Below are positions 21,436-30,239 of a stretch of 32,000 bases of DNA, piece after piece. The position numbers were made by a program, and so were the translations under genes. Every line of letters starts with the position of its first letter. Positions within the stretch are counted from its first letter, which is position 1. Origin of the DNA: Mycobacterium leprae TN (GTDB taxonomy: Bacteria > Actinomycetota > Actinomycetes > Mycobacteriales > Mycobacteriaceae); assembly GCF_000195855.1 (NCBI RefSeq), contig NC_002677.1, forward strand, positions 3,150,001 to 3,182,000, given 5' to 3'. The notes under the pieces were generated by a model, which worked only from the letters and a program-made list of their open reading frames with translations, did not search any database and had not been told where the DNA came from.

Positions 21436-22560
21436 CTACCACGCAATTGATCCCATTGGCCGCGGCTGGTGCTTGAGGACACTCCGGTGGGTTAGGACGC
21501 TAGGCAGGTGACCATCGAACCAGCCCGAAACCCCGGTGTAATGACCGTACCGAGTCATGACCATGATCGTGTCGAGGCAGGTCAGGCAGCGAAGTTGCTG
21601 CCAAACAACCCGACGATAGCTTGGTCCTTTGTGCCCTTGTTGGGGCGTAGGTCGTCGACGATGTCCCCGACGCTGGTGACGGCGGTCGCGCTGAAAATGT
21701 CTGGATGCATGACGGTCAAGTCGACGGCGCAAGTACCGCCCATCGACCAGATAGCGATACCCCAGTTGGTCAGAACTGCGGCCACCCCGAAATTCGGGGG
21801 CATGAATGGCACAACATCTTCCGCTAGATGGTCGGGGGGCGTTACCGCGGATCCCGTTGACGCACTCGGTGTCGGTGTCGAACGAGCCGGTGGGGTCAAC
21901 GAACATCAGCGTCGGAGCGAAGCCGTGATGACAGGCCGCGCGGTTTGTCGATGGTGTCGAAACCGCCCCTAGAGCGCAGCCAGTACGCAGGAGTGTTAAA
22001 GGCAGAACTATGATCATCATAACTGGCGGCAGCTGGTGAGACGGATTGCTTTTGAACCATGCCAGGGGCGAATACATCAGTTCCTGGCGGTGGGTAAAAC
22101 CGGACGCGGCGAAACTATGTCTACCGGCACCACGACACACTTGGTTGGCTTGATCCCGGCTATCTGCATTTCGGTGACATGCAGCCGATCGATCTGATCA
22201 GGCAAGGGCCCTGCCGTCAATTGATTCCAGGCAACTTGCACCGTGGGGAAATAACCGTCCCATAGATTCAAGACCAAGGTTGCGCACAGCGGCACCTACA
22301 GCAGCGCCAGACCACGGCGCTAACAGCGGGCACCTGACCAGCCCAGCAACAGTACGGCCGCAGCTAGCCCACTTAAAGTTACCCACAGCCACAACGACTT
22401 TTGTGCTGGGTCCCCAGCAACCCCAATCGAGGTGACGTACCAATACGCCAGCGCCGTCACAGCGGCTGCGACGCCTAGCACAACGGTAGTGTCCGTTTAA
22501 GCCAACGGCGCCTGGCCCATTACCTATCGCTTTGATAACCATGAGCAGAGCAGAACCTTG
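21436..22560 (-). pseudogene. Membrane-anchored putative esterase (esterase D/antigen-85 fold family) pseudogene
   Basis: Fragments in at least three frames read 'WDGYFPTVQVAWNQLTAGPLPDQ', 'ASGFTHRQELMYSPLAWFKSNPSHQLPPVMMI', 'HHGFAPTLMFVDPTGSFDTDTECVNGIRGNA' and 'DHLAEDVVPFMPPNFGVAAVLTNWGIAIWSMGGTCAVDLTVMHPDIFSA..GLFGSNFAA'. The nucleophile elbow reads W-S-M-G-G rather than G-x-S-x-G. Confidence 0.5.
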
Positions 22561-23240
22561 TACGACCGCCGGCAATCAGTCGTGCAGCAAGAACGGTTGT
22601 TCGGTAATAGGAGCAACAATCGTAGCTTTCGTTAAATCCACTGACTGCGCGGAGTCGGATGGTACAAAAACAGAGCCAAAGGCGATTACTCTACTACCAG
22701 ACCAGCACCACTTTAGACCTAGTCTAAAGCCGCTGAAACTGCAATTCGATTGATTCATCGGTCAGGTGAGCGTATTGAACTTTAAGCAGGTCGCCCCAGC
22801 GCCGTGGCAAAGTTAGCATAAGCCAACAGGATTCTAACTCATGCTGGTGACCAAGCGCAGACTTATGCTATTGACGACGATCAAAGCTCTGAGGAACACC
22901 ATCACAGGGCCAGCCAGCACCAGGGATGCCCACTGCCAGTTGCGGCAATGCAATACAGGACCGGGATCACGGCCATGGAGATCGCTGGTACGACGAGCAC
23001 GTTCTCGACGACCAGGTATTGCCTAGTGAGATCAGCTTAGCTTGGTAAGCCGCCTGTTCTGTCGCCGATTATACCGCATGTTCCGGTATGGAATTCTGAT
23101 GGTGTTGCGGGATGAGGTGAAGTTTAGCCGGTCTTTTCGATTTCGGTGAACAACTTATGAGGATCATAGCCTAAAGTGACTGTGACGGTGTCTTTTTCGG
23201 TAGTGTAGTTTACGATGGAATTTCCCCAGACGAGATTATT

Positions 23241-23850
23241 CTAGTTTCTTTTTCGATGCGCGTAGCGCACGAGGCATACATAATTCCGGTGATCTTGAGC
23301 TCGATATGGCTCATCGTGGTCGGAGGGGCAGTTATCTTGGGCATGGGCGCTCTTTACTCTGGCATGCCAATGTACATCTGGAAGTTTGAAGCAGAGCAGG
23401 CGATTACGCCGCGCACGAGATCTACGATCGCAGCGGGAACCCGGATATCGACATGCAACCAAGCCGGCTTCGTTAACTGCATCCAGCACTGCGGCTTCCT
23501 CAATCGGCCTCAATCGGCGCAGAAACTGGTGGCGATGAGCCGGCCCGTCGTCCGGGCGGTCAATCGCTACGGCTTGGATACCAAAATCCTGCCTATCTGG
23601 CGCTGAATGGACACCTCGCAATGCCAACAGTTAACCCCCGGTTGCTATACTGTTAGTAATTATAGCATTCCTGCACTTAAATACCCAGCCGAGGCAAGCC
23701 TAACAATAAAATTGTAAACCGAAATAGGGTATATCTGTCAAGGACGTCACCACTGTTGGCAACAGTCTGGCATCCCCACACATCAAGTCAAGCCGCCAAC
23801 CGAATGGGATCGGACTGCCCGCCGGTGGCCGGTGTTGGTCTGGAGGCGGG
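23241..23850 (-). pseudogene. Possible GNAT acetyltransferase remnant (Rv0133 position)
   Basis: The evidence is weak. 'IQAVAIDRPDDGPAHRHQFLRRLRPIEEAAVLDAVNEAGLVAC' resembles the GNAT motif A region ('..AV.P..RG.GIG..L......A...G'). The call rests mainly on position. Confidence 0.3.
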
Positions 23851-24289
23851 CAGTGCTAGTGACAACTCGATGCATCGTAGCCTCAACTTGGCACTGTCGT
23901 AGTCAACATTAGGGATAAGGACATCATGACTGTCACCGTTGTCGATACGGCACCAAGGCTGCCAGCCAATCTGTTGAAGTAACCATGCCAGTCGCCGAAT
24001 TCTATGCGATTGTGGCCAATCACCAGCGCCACCACGAATTGGATGGTCCTGGAACGGTAGGTGACAGCATTTAAAATGGAAGTAGAAGCAAAATTAATTG
24101 CAGGATCGAAAGACCAAAATGAAAAATGCATAGTATTCCCTACCGAATCACCAGTACGGTTACCACTCCCAAACCAAACGAATTTAGTAAATTAGCAAAG
24201 GGGTGCCATTCTGTAGGCCACAGTTAGCGGCTGGAATTTTGAGTTGTTATCGCTGATATTACCCCGGGTAACCAAAATATTCGGCGATC

Positions 24290-25350
24290 ATGATGAGCAG
24301 TGAACTCGAAAACCGATTAAAGTACCTATCAGTATATTAGGTACCCGGAAGGTCAACCCGGTGAGTATCGCGGCTACACTGGGAAAATTTCGTGATCGCT
24401 ACGCTAGACCGTAGCTAATGTGTCTACCAATCGGCTTCGAACAGGCCCCCACTGCGGTAGAGCCGGACCATCGTGGCGTCCGTAATCGGTGTGGCTCCGC
24501 AAGAACACTCTGATGCCCGCCACTCCTTATGGGAAGCATGTCGTGGTCAGACAGAGCTGTGTAGAGCTCTGGCTCGAAAGGGGGAACATGGCGAAATATC
24601 CTTGCTGTCAATGGTGCCGGATGTCATACAACAACGTATCCGTTTTGGAGTGACCAAGGGATTGGCGGGTCGGGTATTCCTGGGCAGGGTCATATGTAGC
24701 GATCTTTCCTTAATAGTGATTGTTCCACAAAAATTCGGACAATGCATCGGATATTGCGGGGAGGTGTTCGAGACGGACATACTGTGCGATGTGGTCGACG
24801 GCGAACTAAGTTGCCGAGACCCCCGCGGACACCCGGCCCTGTCCATGGGCCGGATTCTCGCCACAGCTCTACGAATTGCTGGAAGAACAGGAGTTTATTC
24901 ACTGTCGATGCAATCGCTGACCCAGCTCCTGGATTCGGACACTGCTACACTTTATCGATCGTCACTTCGCGACACGATCGAAATTTGGTCGCGATAGTGG
25001 GTCGACTCCATGCCTGAAAAAGTTAACCTTCGATGCTCAAAAGGTCGTCGAATTGCCCTGGTAACATACCTGCATCTTAATTGTACAAAATGTGTTCGAC
25101 GCGCACAGTCGGCACCCTGCTGATCGAATATGCCCTCTTACCAGGCCCAACGCGCTGGGCGACCGAGAGATGTGTCTGTCGGGTCGGCTCGACAACGAAT
25201 TTCCACCGGTGGCGGTTAGTTGCGCCTAAACCGCACTGGACAGCTATGTGCTCGGCTGCGCGATGCAATTTTCCGGGGTGGCACCGGCAGAAAAAAGACG
25301 CAGAACTATCGGCGACCTTACAGCAGCTGAATCCTTTTCAGCTATCCTGC
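24290..25350 (+). pseudogene. fgd2: F420-dependent luciferase-like oxidoreductase of the Fgd family (fgd2/Rv0132c position), decayed
   Basis: ORF 24473-24997 aligns by eye with Fgd. 'SDARHSLWEACRGQ..ARKGEHGEISLLSMV' matches 'SDHFQPWRHEGGH..AVGERTNRLLLGTSV', and 'PDVIQQRIRFGVTKGLAGRVFLG' matches '[22 protein letters not shown]'. The following 'VGTGEALNE' is replaced by 'RVICSDLSL'. An ~8-aa deletion is present, both the N-terminal and C-terminal thirds are broken by stops, and no Tat signal or start codon is recoverable. Confidence 0.5.
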
Positions 25351-25400
25351 TAAGGTCGCTGTTGCCAATGGCCTCCCGGTTCCATTAGAGTAAGAATTCG

Positions 25401-25436
25401 TATTCGGTATTGCATATTTATTCGGTATTGCATATT
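25401..25436. repeat. Perfect tandem duplication, 18-nt unit TATTCGGTATTGCATATT x2
   Basis: Read directly: 25401-25418 and 25419-25436 are identical and contiguous. It lies between the fgd2-like and ACAD-like remnants. Confidence 0.95.
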
Positions 25437-25449
25437 ATTGTTGCCAGGC

Positions 25450-26300
25450 TAGAGTAATTTGGCACATAATCGCATGCCGAGAAGGCTGAGGTGTTAAAGT
25501 ACGATGTCCGTCGCGACTTCTCAGGGGGCGGCCTGTCGGCAATCGCGCACAAACCGGCAGCAGGATACGGTTGATGTCGGTTCTTTAGGTGCAACTCTGC
25601 GCGGGCGGCAATAAGATGCTGTTGGTCCTGAACAGCTTGAAAAATAACGTATCCGGCGTGGCGACGTGCAGGATCTGCTCACGCGGATCGACACGTCCAG
25701 GTGGCCGGCCTACCCGACGACACACTATTCGCAGCGCACGGAGACCGTGGGTACAGGTGAGTACGTGAGCGTGGCGTAAATTCTTCCGCGAATAGTCCGA
25801 TTACGAGAGACCACCCAGCAGGCCGATGTCATAGGGCCGTATAATAGACAAATTCCGACGGCTTGCCAGAGTTATCCGGCAATGTTGCACTACGCTCCTA
25901 TAACCATCGCCGCGGTCACATACGTCGACGAAATCCCCGTAGCCGACCGTCGCCCCCGGTGCTAGGTACGGGGCAAGCCGCGGCGCCTTGAGCCCACACC
26001 GCCGGCTTAGGTTCCGAAGGCCAGTGCTTCAGCAACAGGCGGTATCCTCGACGGTGGACACCAGACCCGGCCTGTGCACCGGACATGCTACTTACTGGCC
26101 AGACAACGAGGAACTCGCTGAACAGCTCAATGGCAACACCCGGCTGGGTAAAATGTGGCGGTGCTTGGGGTGCACAGAATTCACCCTCGATGAGCCACAC
26201 GGTCTCGATCATCGAGAAAACGCACCGATGATCATGCGCGGCAACGGCAAGGTGTTACGCCAGGACGTCACAAATCGTACGCCCGCTGTCGAACGCTTGT
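25450..26300 (+). pseudogene. Acyl-CoA dehydrogenase remnant (fadE1 position), only the C-terminal signature recognisable
   Basis: ORF 25988-26350 contains 'EFTLDEPHGLDHRENAPMIMRGNGKVLRQ', resembling the ACAD C-terminal 'G.T.E.P.ER..RDA....I..GT.E..R'. It is convergent with the htdZ remnant, as fadE1 and htdZ are in M. tuberculosis. The upstream part is not readable. Confidence 0.3.
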
Positions 26301-26690
26301 TTCGGAGTTGCTATCAGGCTAGCAGCGGATGCTATGTGGAAATTCTCTGAGCGCAGGGGGCTATCCAAGCCACTCTTGAACGCGACAGACCGATATTCTT
26401 CTGCGGCGAATTCAATGTCGACCCAACTACGACAATATATGAGGTCGATTGCGAGCTTGACACCGTTGATGTCATGGTGGTGGTATGTGGTGCGAATTAT
26501 TTGTGTTTGTGTCCACACGCAACAGTAGTCCTAACGCGATGTGGATCCTATATGGTGGCTGTCGACCGCAGAGGCAAGCCTGTCGACGTCATCCTGAGTA
26601 ATATATTAATTATAGTCGCCCAGTAGCTCTGTTCGATCGTCTCACCCACAGCGGCAGTAACGCTACGCTAATTGACTCGAAGATCCGCGT
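26255..26690 (-). pseudogene. htdZ: MaoC-like (R)-hydratase HtdZ pseudogene
   Basis: The minus strand reads 'TRIFESISVA..', 'GETIEQSYWATI', '..I*DPHRVRTTVACGH' and 'INGVKLAIDLIYCRSWV'. Remembered Rv0130 reads 'MRTFESVADL..GEKVGQSDWVTI..IHVDPERAAAGPFGTTIAHG..VKGVKLAINYGLNKVRF'. The start codon position reads ACG (26690-26688), and there are stops, frameshifts and an AT-rich insertion. Confidence 0.7.
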
Positions 26691-26726
26691 GTGTCTCTCT
26701 TCTGCTGGTGGGTAAATATAGAACTC

Positions 26727-27224
26727 ATGATGCTACTGCTGATTGCCGATACCCATGTGCCACAACGCGCACCCGACATGCCCGCACAGGTATGGGACGA
26801 GGTCGCAAAGGCTGATGTCGTAGTTCACGCCGGCGACTGGGTATCGCCCAAATTACTCGACGAGCTGGAATCCAGGGCTGCTCAGCTGGTCGCGTGCTGG
26901 GGAAATAACGACGGGCCCGAACTGCGGTCACGACTGCCGGAGCGAGCAAACGTGACATTAGCAGGCATGAATTTCACAGTTGTGCACGAGACCGGCGCAG
27001 CAGACGGCCGCGAAGCCCGGATGTCGCAACTGTATCCGGACAGCCAGGTCTTGGTGTTCGGACATAGTCACATACCATGTGATACCACGACGACGACCGG
27101 TTTGCGGCTGCTGAATCCTGGCTCGCCAACAGATCGTCGCCATCAAGCTTTTTGCAGCTACATGACCGCTAATGTCGACAACGGGGCATTAACGGACGTA
27201 GTCGTCCACCCGTTGGAAAAATAG
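26727..27224 (+). CDS. YfcE/MJ0936-family metallophosphoesterase
   Basis: ORF with all calcineurin-like phosphoesterase motifs intact: 'IADTH', 'HAGD', 'GNND', 'VVHE' and 'GHSH'. The start is set at ATG 26727 (MMLLLIADTH). The 12-codon extension in the ORF track starts at a non-ATG codon and adds nothing conserved. Confidence 0.85.
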   Translation: MMLLLIADTHVPQRAPDMPAQVWDEVAKADVVVHAGDWVSPKLLDELESRAAQLVACWGNNDGPELRSRLPERANVTLAGMNFTVVHETGAADGREARMSQLYPDSQVLVFGHSHIPCDTTTTTGLRLLNPGSPTDRRHQAFCSYMTANVDNGALTDVVVHPLEK

Positions 27225-27683
27225 CTAGTCTAGTATAGTAAAGCTTATTGTTAGAGTTCAATAATCTACCTGCCTAGGCGCCGAGCATCATCGCGTCCTT
27301 CGGTTGGTCTCACGGTAACCAGTTCGATACAGCGCGGCGCCCCGAGTCACAGTCTCAACTGCTACAAGCTTGTCGGCCAGCAGCCGAGGAACTCGGTCAG
27401 CTTGACCAACCACACCGCATCTAGCAGATCGCTAGTGATGACGATCGACGCGTGACATCGAACCTATCACTATGATCAGTTCAACGCCGTGAAGAAATCT
27501 GGGCTATGTACCGCAACAACTTTCTGTCCAACCCACGTTCGGCGTCAACTGTGTTGCGCCGTCTCGTTTCTTAGCTACCTAAATAGTGCATCCGCTATAT
27601 AATTTTCATAACTTTCGAAGACCGCAACATCGTCCCGATAGCCAATCGTGAGTTGGACGTAACGAAGCCGAGCTGACTCTTGA

Positions 27684-28814
<1,131 letters not shown>

Positions 28815-29384
28815 TACCATCTAACCCGCAAACCAAACAACAACCCGAGGCGCTAGGACAACAGAGCACGATGACAAGAGTGAAAGTAGGCACAGCCCAG
28901 TAGGCACCACGCACACGACAGCCGCAATCGCCGACATTTGGGATTCCGCGTAGGCGCACGCTGATGGCACTACCCGACACAAAGCTGGCGAACAACAAAA
29001 ATAGCCGCGACAGTCCGTCACTTTTCCACCGGCGATGTGACGTTCGATGCCCCATCTCATCTTGACCAGTGTGCCTGTCACATATCTAATTGGGATCGAC
29101 ACCTCACCATCTTTGACATCCGGTGTGGTCAGCATGCCCAGACCGAAAACCACAAGCAGAATTGGAGTGAAGTGAGTCGGATTTAATTACATCGGCCCAC
29201 GAGAATGTCGCACCCTGCCGCCACAGCAAGTCGCCTACACCAGCTCGGCATCGGCCTCACCTGCGACAGCCGTGCCTCGCTGTCGAAAACCTCACGAATC
29301 CTACATCCACGGTTTCAGATACGCCCAATGCTCACAATGCGCAACCGCACTGGCAAAGCGGAACGAACAGACCCAGTGAACAAC

Positions 29385-30235
29385 CTAGGCAGCGGTGCGC
29401 CAGGCACTGGGCACCGTAGTAAGACTTGGCAACCATTCGGCCTGGAACCGAGTCTCATACCCAGCTTCATAGACCGCCTTGGCGAGCTAGTAGGCGACCA
29501 TTAAGTTGTGCCAAACTCAGCGATCGATCCCGACACGACCGCGTAGCCTTCACAAAACGCGGGGCGGCAAGCTGCTTTCAGCGGCGTGGTCCACGAGTGA
29601 CCTTTAAGCAGCGTAATCGAAAAAGAACAACAGGCCCGGTCACGTATCGCGTAACAGCGAATCTGGCACCCGTCCAACGGCTGGCCCGGCTCACCCTCGA
29701 AGTCAATCAACAGCCAGCTCTCCGGGGTACGCAGCACCTGTCCCAAATGCAGATCGCCATGTACCCGCTGAACAGTGACCTTCAAGTTCGCGAGCTTTTG
29801 GAATCGATCTTCGATCGGTGCCACGATACTGCCCGAGTTCCAGAACCGCCGTCAGAATCGTCGATGCCGTGTTCAGTCGGCCGCGGGGAAGGTGACCTGC
29901 ATCGTCCCCAAGCATTCGGCCAGGGTGCCGGAAAAGGCTATCGGCTACAGCAAGCATTGAGGTGTGGCAAGAGCTTATAAAGCGCATCAAAGCTCGCGCG
30001 ATCCTCGGTAGAGGCAGATAGTTGCTATGTTGCTGTACTCCGGTAGCCGGTGCGAAATCGCACCCCACTATCACCTGATAACGCTCTTATGAACCGTCAC
30101 TGTAGTTGGCGTTGCCAACATCAAGTCGAGGTCGTCTCGAAGCAAAGCTATTACCGCAAGATCAGCGGTGGAAAGCTCAGCGATTGCGTACGACGTACCA
30201 AAGTTGCTGTTCACACCTAAGCAACTTGGCTGGCA
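29385..30235 (-). pseudogene. mak: Maltokinase (Mak/Pep2) pseudogene, N-terminal ~180 codons missing
   Basis: ORF 29501-29824 carries '[33 protein letters not shown]' (kinase catalytic loop and DFE motif), then '[14 protein letters not shown]'. After a frameshift and a TAG stop comes 'MVAY*LAKAVYEAGYETRFQAEWLP'. Only about 850 nt remain where about 1.36 kb is expected. Confidence 0.75.
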
Positions 30236-30239
30236 GAGT

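Noticed and set aside
21436-22140. A 234-aa ORF that could be taken for an intact gene
   Set aside because: Its first half follows the esterase homologue, but its second half is an Arg/His-rich out-of-frame read ('RRRLDRHASRHFQRDRRHQRRGHRRRP'). The true continuation ('DHLAEDVVPF..WSMGG..') lies in another frame (ORF 21582-21899). It is a composite across a frameshift.
24473-24997. A 174-aa ORF as a possible intact small gene
   Set aside because: It aligns to the middle of Fgd-type enzymes only. It lacks both termini, has conserved motifs replaced, and is unusually Cys-rich. This is best explained as a pseudogene segment that happens to lack stops.
28821-29153. A 110-aa minus-strand ORF downstream of fbpC with a hydrophobic tail, as a small membrane protein
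   Set aside because: It has no recognisable motif and is Cys-rich with atypical composition. It overlaps another ORF of similar length in a different frame. It may be a remnant of the membrane protein found at this position in M. tuberculosis, but I cannot support a call.
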